Source: Cyclobacteriaceae bacterium (GTDB lineage: Bacteria; Bacteroidota; Bacteroidia; Cytophagales; Cyclobacteriaceae). Taken from it: DNA of 64,000 nucleotides. This document shows positions 29,644-38,299 of this stretch, piece by piece. The notes under the pieces were generated by a model that saw nothing but the letters and a program-made list of their open reading frames with translations, did not search any database and was not told where the DNA came from. The stretch lies in NCBI GenBank assembly GCA_040079965.1, contig JBEBJH010000001.1:3862-67861 (forward strand). Direction: 5' to 3'. The stretch's first letter is position 1; every line of letters starts with the position of its first letter. The position numbers and the translations under genes were made by a program.

Positions 29644-30525
29644 TTGATCAGATACCAAAAAACAACTATTTCTGAGTTGAAAAGCGAAATAATTGAGCAA
29701 TCAGGGGTCAGGCTTTTGATAAAAAGAGAGTATCAAAACCATCCCATGGTGTCGGGCAATAAATGGTGGAAGCTCAAATACAATCTGGAGGAGGCATTAA
29801 AAGCCGGACAAACTACTTTGCTCACGTTTGGGGGAACCTACTCGAATCACATTTACGCAACCGCTGCAGCTGCGCATGAGTTGGGTTTGAAATCTATTGG
29901 AATTATTCGGGGTGAAGGAACGCTTCCATTAAACTCCACCCTTTCATTCGCGAAAGCGAGAGGTATGCTACTTCATTACATTTCGCGTGAAGCATACAGA
30001 AACAAGACAGAAGCGTCATTCATGGAACAATTCCATAATCAGTTTGGGGATTTTTATCTGATCCCGGAAGGAGGAACGAATGAACTTGCTGTGAAGGGTT
30101 GTGCAGAGTTTGCAAAGCAACTAAGCGCTGAGGTTGCTTTTGATTATATCTGTTTACCGGTGGGAACGGGCGGAACGATAGCAGGAATAATTGAAAGTCT
30201 GGATGAGTCAAAGAAGATCATTGGGTTTCCTGTATTAAAGGGAGCAACATTTCTGGAAGATGAAATCAGAAAATATACCTCAAAAACAAACTGGCAATTA
30301 GTTTTCGATTATCACTTTGGTGGCTATGCAAAAGTGACTAAAGAGCTGAAGGAATTTATGGATCAATTTGAAAAGGAATTCAGCGTACCATTAGATCCGG
30401 TCTATACAGCGAAGATGATGTTTGGAATCATTGATTTGATTAAGAAGAAATTCTTTGAAGCAGGCTCAACGATTTTAGCAATTCATACAGGAGGTCTTCA
30501 GGGAAGTGCAGGCTTTAATTCCTGA
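29644..30525 (+). CDS. PLP-dependent ACC deaminase/D-cysteine desulfhydrase-family protein
   Basis: SGNKWWKLKY (PLP lysine), TFGGTYSNH, IPEGG, VGTGGT, LDPVYTAK, IHTGGLQG. Confidence 0.88.
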   Translation: MIRYQKTTISELKSEIIEQSGVRLLIKREYQNHPMVSGNKWWKLKYNLEEALKAGQTTLLTFGGTYSNHIYATAAAAHELGLKSIGIIRGEGTLPLNSTLSFAKARGMLLHYISREAYRNKTEASFMEQFHNQFGDFYLIPEGGTNELAVKGCAEFAKQLSAEVAFDYICLPVGTGGTIAGIIESLDESKKIIGFPVLKGATFLEDEIRKYTSKTNWQLVFDYHFGGYAKVTKELKEFMDQFEKEFSVPLDPVYTAKMMFGIIDLIKKKFFEAGSTILAIHTGGLQGSAGFNS

Positions 30526-31123
30526 TCACGCCACGCAGCCATGTAAAGATCCTTAATCCTCCACGCTCCTCAGGCAAAGCACCACTTTCGGCAGCAGCCT
30601 TGACTTTTTCTATCGTGTAGAACGCGGTTGGGATTAGTTCTTTCAATTTGTTGAGCAAATCATCTAAACGTTCACGTTCAAGAACCGTAAACACCAACGT
30701 TTCATGGCCATCTGGGCCTTCGGCATTTACTCTAGTGAAACGAAAGTGTTGTGTGTTGAGGTACTGGATGAGTTGGGTAACATCTTTGCGCGTAATAATC
30801 CGCACAATCACTTTTCCGTAAGCAATTCTTTCTTCGATGATCATGCCCACAAAAATTCCGCAAGCAAATCCGGCAGGATAGGCCACATAGCAAAGCCAGT
30901 TATCCAGGTGTTTGAAGATTTCACGAATCACCAACAGCCAGATGAATGCTTCGAAGAATCCGAGTAGTGTTGCAGTCAATCTTCTTCCACCCAACATATA
31001 GATAATGCGAATCGTGTTTATAGAAACATCGCAGATTCGCGCAAGAAAAATAAGCAATGGTAAAATCAGGAAACTGAAAAGATCTGGTGAGAATCCAAGC
31101 GTATCAGTGAAGAATGATTCCAT
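30515..31123 (-). CDS. DUF2179/UPF0316-type membrane protein
   Basis: LIFLARICDVSINTIRI, GFFEAFIWL, YPAGFACG, C-terminal ACT-like domain (AFYTIEKVK). Confidence 0.78.
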   Translation of the reverse strand: MESFFTDTLGFSPDLFSFLILPLLIFLARICDVSINTIRIIYMLGGRRLTATLLGFFEAFIWLLVIREIFKHLDNWLCYVAYPAGFACGIFVGMIIEERIAYGKVIVRIITRKDVTQLIQYLNTQHFRFTRVNAEGPDGHETLVFTVLERERLDDLLNKLKELIPTAFYTIEKVKAAAESGALPEERGGLRIFTWLRGVIRN

Positions 31124-31176
31124 CAGGCAGATAAAATAAGATCATCATATTCAAAATCTGTGAATCAGTGGCCAGC

Positions 31177-32562
31177 TCACTTAAATAAATCTTTAAATAC
31201 TTCTTCCAGTTTGCCAAAGGTCTTCACCGTGATTTTTGCCTTCTTCAGATCCAACGACTTCTGACTGTATTTTGAAATATAGATTTCCTGGAACCCCAGC
31301 TTCTCTGCTTCAGAAATCCTCTGATCAATTCGGTTTACCGCACGAAGCTCACCACCCAACCCTATTTCCGCGGCAAAACATACTTTATCGCTTACGGGAA
31401 TTTCTTCCATCGATGATATGATCGAAATGCATAAAGCAAGATCAATGGCTGGATCCTCAACGTAAATACCCCCGGCCATGTTTACAAACACATCTTGTGT
31501 GCCCATTCGAAAGCCACAGCGTTTTTCAAGTACGGCCAATAGCATATTTAACCGCTTCTGATCAAAACCAGTGGGGGTGCGTTGCGGTGTGCCGTACGAG
31601 GCCGGACTCACCAACGACTGAATTTCAATCAACAAAGGGCGATTGCCTTCGATGGTCGCTCCGATAGTAGCACCACTGAGCAGTCCGTCTTTTTGAGAAA
31701 TTAAAATTTCAGATGGATTAGAAACTTCACGCAAGCCGTTGCCCAACATTTCATAAATGCCAATTTCAGAGGTAGAGCCGAAACGATTTTTAGTGGTGCG
31801 CAGAATGCGATAGGCCAAATGACGATCGCCTTCAAATTGCAACACCGTATCCACCATGTGTTCCAATACTTTGGGTCCTGCCAGCATACCATCTTTGGTG
31901 ATGTGGCCAACCAGAAATACAGGCGTGTTGGTTTCTTTGGCAAACTTCATCAGCTCACCGGCACATTGACGCACCTGGCCAATGCTGCCCGCTGAGGAGT
32001 CGAGCATGTGTGAGTGGAGTGTTTGGATTGAGTCAATGATTACCAGATTAGGCTGCACGGTTTCAATCGCCTGAAAAATATTTTTAGTGCCGGTCTCTGC
32101 CAGCATATAAAAATTCTCATTACTGCCTTGAGGCTTTGTTGAAAGTCGTTCGGCTCGCATTTTTATTTGCTGCTCGCTTTCCTCACCTGACACGTAAAGT
32201 ATTTTAGCTTTCTGAAGCGAAAGTCCGAGTTGAAGCATCAGTGTCGATTTGCCGATGCCGGGTTCGCCACCAATCAGAATCAATGAGCCAGGCACAATAC
32301 CGCCACCCAAAACCCTATTTAACTCTTCGTCAGGTGTAGCGATCCGGATTTCTCCGGTTGATTCAATTTCATTGAGCGTCTTAGGTTTGCTTACTCTGCT
32401 TTTGGTAGAATCTTGTCGCCAGTCATTTCGATCGGTTTCATTTTTTGAAACAACTTCTTCTACAAAGCTATTCCACGACCCGCATGATGGGCACTTCCCA
32501 ATCCACTTGGGCGACTCATAACCACAGCTTTGACAGAAGAAAAGAGTTTTGGATTTGGCCAC
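31177..32562 (-). CDS. radA: DNA repair protein RadA (Sms)
   Basis: Zn finger CQSC...CPSC, Walker A GEPGIGKST, KNRFG motif, Lon-like C-terminus (EIGLGGELR). Confidence 0.97.
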   Translation of the reverse strand: MAKSKTLFFCQSCGYESPKWIGKCPSCGSWNSFVEEVVSKNETDRNDWRQDSTKSRVSKPKTLNEIESTGEIRIATPDEELNRVLGGGIVPGSLILIGGEPGIGKSTLMLQLGLSLQKAKILYVSGEESEQQIKMRAERLSTKPQGSNENFYMLAETGTKNIFQAIETVQPNLVIIDSIQTLHSHMLDSSAGSIGQVRQCAGELMKFAKETNTPVFLVGHITKDGMLAGPKVLEHMVDTVLQFEGDRHLAYRILRTTKNRFGSTSEIGIYEMLGNGLREVSNPSEILISQKDGLLSGATIGATIEGNRPLLIEIQSLVSPASYGTPQRTPTGFDQKRLNMLLAVLEKRCGFRMGTQDVFVNMAGGIYVEDPAIDLALCISIISSMEEIPVSDKVCFAAEIGLGGELRAVNRIDQRISEAEKLGFQEIYISKYSQKSLDLKKAKITVKTFGKLEEVFKDLFK

Positions 32563-32667
32563 GCAGATTTATAAATAAATGGGTTAAAAGTAAGACAATC
32601 TTACATGCTTAATTCTTTTAGCAATTCAAATAATATATTTATTTTCACTTAACCTAAACTCCTCCTT

Positions 32668-34683
32668 ATGAGAAAAGGATTTACGCTCATCATTATTCTT
32701 TTATTTCCAATCATTGGCTATTCTCAGAAACCACCAACGAAATTTGGTGATGTTACTCTGGAAGACATAAAAATGACTCGGTATGACAAGGACTCATCAG
32801 CAGCAGCCGTTGTTTTAGTTGATTATGGGGAATCGATGATCCAATACGATCAATCCAATGGATTTACGTTACAATTTGAGCGGTTAACCAGAATAAAAAT
32901 TCTTACTAAAGATGGTATGGACTGGGCAAATTTTAGTATTCCGCTCTATCATGACGGCTCGGATGACGAAAAGGTAGTTGGGTTAAAAGGGATAACGTAT
33001 AATCTTGAAAACGGGAAAGTAGTAGAAACCAAACTAAAGAATGACGCAATTTTTAAGGAGAAACAGGATGCAAACATAGAAACCACAAAAGTTACTATGC
33101 CCAATGTAAAAGTTGGTTCGGTAATAGAATTAACATATAGTGTGCGATCAGATTTTATTTTCAATTTTCAGGATTGGGAATTTCAAAGCACTATTCCAAC
33201 AGTTTGGAGTGAATATCGTGCAAGGATACCAGAATATTTCCACTATGATAAATACATGCAGGGTTATATCACGCTAGCTGTAAATGAAGAAAACCAAGTT
33301 CCTACAAGCATAACACTTGTTTCTAAGGAAAGAACAGGGCAAAGAACAACCCAAACAACATTTAGTACTGATAAAATAAATCTTCAGGAATACCGATTTC
33401 GTTGGGCGGCTAGAGATATACCAGCATTTAAACCCGAACCATTTATTACCACCTCAATAGATTATATTTCTAAAATCAATTTCGAATTGGCATTCACCCA
33501 ATACCCGAATCAACCCATCAAAAAATATATGGGAAGTTGGGAAGACATTAATAAGCAGTATGCCGAAAGTCCTGAATTTGTTGGGGAGATAACCAGTAAC
33601 GGATTTTTGAAACGCACCGTGGAGGAAGTCACAGCCGGAATGGCAACTCCAGAGGACAAAATTGGAGCCATCACCAACTATATTAAACTAAATGTTGTCT
33701 GGGACGGAACAAGTCGAAAATTTATATCCAGGCCTCTTAAAAAAGTATTGGAAGAAAAAAAAGGAAGCTCGGCTGAAATAAATCTTTTGCTAGCCTCTAT
33801 GTTGGATAAAGCAGACATCAAGGTTTCTCCAGTTCTACTAAGTACCCGCAATCATGGATTTGTTCGTGAGGCCACACCTATTTCATCGCAATTTAATTAT
33901 GTGATTTGTCTTGCGGTGGTTGGGGATAAATCTTTTTTATTGGATGCAACAGAGAGACTTTTACCTACAGGAATGCTTCCAGAGCGATGCTTAAATGGCA
34001 ACGGCTTTGTGGTATCAAAGGATGGTTATCAATGGGTAAAATTGCAGTCCAACACAAAGTCGAGAACCGTTGTAAATGCAGACCTCAAATTGGATGGATC
34101 GGGTGATTTAATAGGGAAGCTTCAAATTGATCGGGGGGGATATGATGCTCTTACAAACCGAAAAAAGTATCAGTCAAAAGACGAAGCAGAATATGTAAAG
34201 GATTTCTTAGCGGGTAGATCATGGGAAGTAACAAAAACGGAAATAGGCAATGTAAAAGATATCAATCAGCCATTGAAAGAGACCTATGAATTGATTATGA
34301 ACGAACATGTTGTTTCAACCCCAGATGCGCTTTACTTTAATCCCTTGCTTATGCATAGAATTGAAGAGAATCCATTTAAACTAGAGACCCGCGAGTATCC
34401 TGTTGATTACAGTAGCGCTTTTGAAAGAATTTACATGTGTAGAATTTCGATGCCAGAGGGTTATCGGGTTGATGAACTTCCCCAACCAAAAGTACTTGCT
34501 CTACCTGCTAATGCCGGGAGATTTACTTATAGCGTTACCCAAGCCGGTAATCTGTTGAATGTTGTCAGCAATTTCCAGATAAACAAAAGCATTTTTACTC
34601 AAGCGGAATATCCAAATCTTCGCGAGTTTTATAATCAGGTAGTGGCTAAGCAGGCTGAGCAAATTGTGTTAAAAAAGAAATGA
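32668..34683 (+). CDS. DUF3857 + transglutaminase-like domain protein (catalytic Cys/His absent)
   Basis: Signal peptide, MPNVKVGSVIE, W.FQ..IP, GSSAEINLLL, FNYVIC, LLDAT. Confidence 0.8.
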   Translation: MRKGFTLIIILLFPIIGYSQKPPTKFGDVTLEDIKMTRYDKDSSAAAVVLVDYGESMIQYDQSNGFTLQFERLTRIKILTKDGMDWANFSIPLYHDGSDDEKVVGLKGITYNLENGKVVETKLKNDAIFKEKQDANIETTKVTMPNVKVGSVIELTYSVRSDFIFNFQDWEFQSTIPTVWSEYRARIPEYFHYDKYMQGYITLAVNEENQVPTSITLVSKERTGQRTTQTTFSTDKINLQEYRFRWAARDIPAFKPEPFITTSIDYISKINFELAFTQYPNQPIKKYMGSWEDINKQYAESPEFVGEITSNGFLKRTVEEVTAGMATPEDKIGAITNYIKLNVVWDGTSRKFISRPLKKVLEEKKGSSAEINLLLASMLDKADIKVSPVLLSTRNHGFVREATPISSQFNYVICLAVVGDKSFLLDATERLLPTGMLPERCLNGNGFVVSKDGYQWVKLQSNTKSRTVVNADLKLDGSGDLIGKLQIDRGGYDALTNRKKYQSKDEAEYVKDFLAGRSWEVTKTEIGNVKDINQPLKETYELIMNEHVVSTPDALYFNPLLMHRIEENPFKLETREYPVDYSSAFERIYMCRISMPEGYRVDELPQPKVLALPANAGRFTYSVTQAGNLLNVVSNFQINKSIFTQAEYPNLREFYNQVVAKQAEQIVLKKK

Positions 34684-36587
34684 GGTTATTATTTTTTTGC
34701 TTCCTTTTGGTTACGCTTCACGTACATGGAGCCGATGAGCCAAAGTATCCGGTGAGTCAGATTTCTGAAGAAATGAGGAAAGGCATGTATGCCGTAATCA
34801 GACACAAAGAAGTGCGCCTGGACATTCAGTCAAAAAACATGTCATCGTATTATATCAAGCAAGCTATTACCATTTTAAATTCAAAAGCTAAAAATTATGC
34901 AATTGTTAGTGTGGGATATGATAAGCTTCGCACGATAAAATTGATGAAAGCAGTTGTTTACGATGCCGCAGGAAAAGAGATTAAGAAACTAAGACAAAGT
35001 GACATAAAAGATGAGAGTGAATATGACGGATTTTCTTTATTGAGTGATAACCGTTCAAAATCAGCCGATCTCAGTCAAGCAACATATCCTTACACGATTG
35101 AATTTGAATTTGAACTACAATTTAGATTCTTATACTCGGCACCTGATTTTTTTCTTTACCGAGATGATGAAATATCCACACAGAACCTGATCTATTCTAT
35201 TAACTATCCGGATGAATTAAAACCGCGTTACAAACTTTTTAAAATAGAAAACCCAACTACGGAAAAGTTAACAGAAGGTAGAAGCAAGATGATGTGGAAG
35301 TTTGAGAATATCATTCCTCAAAAATTTGAAAAGTACTCAACAGATTTTGAAAAGTCAGTGCCGAATATATGTGTGTCGCCTGTTGAGTTTGAATTTGGAG
35401 GTTATCCGGGACGAATGGATACCTGGAAAGATTTTGGGCTTTGGCAAGCTAAATTAAATGAAGGGCGAGCTCTTTTGCCAGAAGAAACAAAGCAGAGAGT
35501 TAAAGAACTTACCAAGGAGGCCAAATCGAGAGAAGATAAGGTCCGTATATTGTATGAATACCTGCAGAATAAAACACGCTATGTAAGCATTCAGTTAGGT
35601 ATTGGTGGCCTGCAGCCCTTCGAGGCAAGAACGGTTGACGAAACAGGCTATGGAGATTGCAAGGCGCTCTCTAATTACATGGTAGCACTTCTTCAGGAAG
35701 TAAATGTCAAAGGTTACTATACAACAATTAAGGCAGGGGCCGGTGAATCAGCGGTTGATCCCGACTTCCCAAGCGATCAGGCTAATCATGTTATTGTCGC
35801 GGTGCCAAACGAATCAGACACCCTCTGGCTTGAATGCACGAGTCAAACTAATCCATTTGATTGGATGGGCAAATTTACTGATGACCGTTATGCTATGATG
35901 GTGACCGAACAGGGGGGTGTACTTGTGAAAACACCATCACACCCCGCAGAAAGAAATATTCAATCACGAGAAGCCGAAGTATTCCTTGATGGTTTAGGGA
36001 ATGCAAAGGCAAAAGTTAAAACCAGGTATCATGGGCTTCAATATGAGAATGACGGGTTAAACTTTGTTATTAACAAGCAGCATGATGAGCAAAAGAAATG
36101 GATTCAGAACACCACGCAGATTCCAAGTTTCGACATAGAAAAATTCTCAATGAAGGATAGTAAAGAGAAGATTCCTTCTGCTGAAGTTGGAGTAGAACTT
36201 ATATTAAGTCGATTAGCCACCGTTAGTGGCAAGAGAATATTTCTTACTCCCAATTTAATGAATCGTTCAACGTATATCCCTGAAAAACTAGAGAAGCGAA
36301 ATACGAACATTGTTTTACGAATGCCCTATATTGATCAGGATATAGTTCGCTATAACTTACCCGAAGAAATTTATCCTGAATTCATTCCAGAAACCATTAC
36401 CCTGAAGTCACGCTTTGGCGAGTATGAATCTAGTTTTAAAGTGGATCAGGGCATTTTAATTTACACGCGCAAGATCAAAATGAACAAAGGTGAGTTCCCT
36501 CCCGATTCTTACAACGAGCTAATAGATTTCTACAAGAGTATCAATAAAGCGGACCATGTAAAGATGGTCTTCATGAATAAAACCTAG
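34680..36587 (+). CDS. DUF3857 + transglutaminase-like domain protein (catalytic Cys/His present)
   Basis: RYVSIQLGIGG.QP, YGDCKALS, ANHVIV, WLECT. The start overlaps the previous stop (ATGA). Confidence 0.82.
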   Translation: MRLLFFCFLLVTLHVHGADEPKYPVSQISEEMRKGMYAVIRHKEVRLDIQSKNMSSYYIKQAITILNSKAKNYAIVSVGYDKLRTIKLMKAVVYDAAGKEIKKLRQSDIKDESEYDGFSLLSDNRSKSADLSQATYPYTIEFEFELQFRFLYSAPDFFLYRDDEISTQNLIYSINYPDELKPRYKLFKIENPTTEKLTEGRSKMMWKFENIIPQKFEKYSTDFEKSVPNICVSPVEFEFGGYPGRMDTWKDFGLWQAKLNEGRALLPEETKQRVKELTKEAKSREDKVRILYEYLQNKTRYVSIQLGIGGLQPFEARTVDETGYGDCKALSNYMVALLQEVNVKGYYTTIKAGAGESAVDPDFPSDQANHVIVAVPNESDTLWLECTSQTNPFDWMGKFTDDRYAMMVTEQGGVLVKTPSHPAERNIQSREAEVFLDGLGNAKAKVKTRYHGLQYENDGLNFVINKQHDEQKKWIQNTTQIPSFDIEKFSMKDSKEKIPSAEVGVELILSRLATVSGKRIFLTPNLMNRSTYIPEKLEKRNTNIVLRMPYIDQDIVRYNLPEEIYPEFIPETITLKSRFGEYESSFKVDQGILIYTRKIKMNKGEFPPDSYNELIDFYKSINKADHVKMVFMNKT

Positions 36588-36590
36588 ACC

Positions 36591-37397
36591 TTACTTAATA
36601 GGAGAATTTGTCTCTTTGGCCATAACATAATGGACGAGTTTATCTGCCATGGAGGGCCACCATTTGTTAAGCCAAACGGCCAGCCTACCCTGACCTGTAA
36701 GCACCAGCGTTCGCTTTCGTTTTAATACAGCTTTATAGATATGATGAGCACACTCCTCGGCTGTCATCATTTTTTCTTCAGTGCGGGGCGACTCCCCTTG
36801 TTCATGGCCATCTTTGGTTAACGCATGCTTGCGAATATTGGAGGCTGTAAAACCCGGGCAAGCTGTGAGCACATGAACACCGGTATCCAAATGCTCATTT
36901 CTCAATACTCCTAAAAATCCATTTAACGCAAACTTTGATGATGAGTAACCAGTCCGGCCCGGCAACCCCACAAAGCCTGCAATGGAAGAGATCCCAACAA
37001 CAGATCCTTTGTTTCTGGTAATTTCGGGTAAGCAGTATTTGGTGGCATACAATGCCCCAAAAAAATTGGTATCCATTACTTTTCTTACTACTTCCAGATC
37101 AACTTCGGAAAATAATGCCCGCATAGAAATACCCGCATTGTTAATCAGAATATCGATCCTTGCATAAAGGCGAAGGGCTTCCTCGGCCATTGCTTTATTG
37201 TCCTGCTCTTTGCTAACATCAGCCTGAAAAGCATGAATGATTATTTTTCGATTTTGAAGTTCGCTTACGGTTTCCTCTAACAATTGCTTGTTGCGTCCTG
37301 TAATCAGAATCTTTGAACCCTTAGCTCCAAACTCTTCTGCAAGAGCCCGGCCAATTCCGGAAGAGCCGCCCGTAATAATGACTACTTTATCTTTCAT
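36591..37397 (-). CDS. Short-chain dehydrogenase/reductase
   Basis: TGGSSGIG, NNAG, YSSSK. Start refined to ATG 37397. Confidence 0.92.
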   Translation of the reverse strand: MKDKVVIITGGSSGIGRALAEEFGAKGSKILITGRNKQLLEETVSELQNRKIIIHAFQADVSKEQDNKAMAEEALRLYARIDILINNAGISMRALFSEVDLEVVRKVMDTNFFGALYATKYCLPEITRNKGSVVGISSIAGFVGLPGRTGYSSSKFALNGFLGVLRNEHLDTGVHVLTACPGFTASNIRKHALTKDGHEQGESPRTEEKMMTAEECAHHIYKAVLKRKRTLVLTGQGRLAVWLNKWWPSMADKLVHYVMAKETNSPIK

Positions 37398-37434
37398 GAT
37401 AGAATGTGCGGTAAAAGTAATCAAAACATTGTTT

Positions 37435-37442
37435 TATTTTTG
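37435..37442 (+). promoter_or_regulatory. -7 promoter element for the acyltransferase
   Basis: TATTTTTG, 5 nt before ATG 37448. Confidence 0.5.
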
Positions 37443-37447
37443 CGGAC

Positions 37448-38299
37448 ATGTTTGTCCTTAGGTGGCTTTCCCGTCTTCCTTTCCCGGTACTTTACGCTTT
37501 TTCAGATTTTTTGTTCTTTGTTAGTTACTACTTGATTGGCTATCGAAAGGCGCTGGTACGAAGGAACCTCCTGAATTCCTTCAATGAGAAATCTGAAGCG
37601 GAGATTAAACGCATTCAAAAGGATTTCTATCATAATCTGTGCGACTATGCAGTTGAAACCATAAAACTTCTGTCAATTACCCCTGAAGAATTGAAGCGAA
37701 GACTCGTTTATAAGAACCCCGAAATTGTGAAGCAGTTCTCGGACAAGAACCAATCGATTCTCTTGCTTACATCACATCAGTTTAACTGGGAATGGCTACT
37801 TGCCTCGGGTTGCTTGTATTTACCGTTGGGTGTTGATTTTGTATACCAAACGCAGAGTAACAAAACCTTTAATGAGTTTTCATTATTGAGTCGAACTCGA
37901 TTTGGAGCCTTTCCTGTTGAGCGCTCGCAGGTGGGTCGGGAGGCAATTAAGCGAAAGGATGTGCTCCGTGGAATTGCCGTTATTGCCGATCAGTTTCCGG
38001 GTCACTTTCATAACAAAAAATACTGGACTCAATTTCTCAATCAAAATACAGCGTTCTTTTTAGGGCTCGGTCAATTGGCATTTTTGACTCAGTATCCCGC
38101 TGTCTTTTTTGGTGTAAAGAAAATTAAACGTGGCTATTATGAGGCCGAAGGTTTTGTGGTATCACAACCGCCTTATGAAAGAGAAAGTCAACAAATTGTA
38201 GAGGATTATATTCAGGCCACTGAACGGATTATTAAACAACAACCCGCTGGTTGGCTTTGGTCGCACAATCGCTGGAAAACACAAACGGAATCTGATTAG
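37448..38299 (+). CDS. Lipid A biosynthesis (LpxL/HtrB-like) acyltransferase
   Basis: SHQFNWE catalytic motif, IADQ, FLNQNTAF, W.WSHNRWK. Confidence 0.85.
   Translation: MFVLRWLSRLPFPVLYAFSDFLFFVSYYLIGYRKALVRRNLLNSFNEKSEAEIKRIQKDFYHNLCDYAVETIKLLSITPEELKRRLVYKNPEIVKQFSDKNQSILLLTSHQFNWEWLLASGCLYLPLGVDFVYQTQSNKTFNEFSLLSRTRFGAFPVERSQVGREAIKRKDVLRGIAVIADQFPGHFHNKKYWTQFLNQNTAFFLGLGQLAFLTQYPAVFFGVKKIKRGYYEAEGFVVSQPPYERESQQIVEDYIQATERIIKQQPAGWLWSHNRWKTQTESD

Noticed and set aside
29644-30525. True ACC deaminase (acdS)
   Set aside because: It has DPVYTAK rather than the DPVYEGK of bona fide ACC deaminases, so it is kept as a family-level call.
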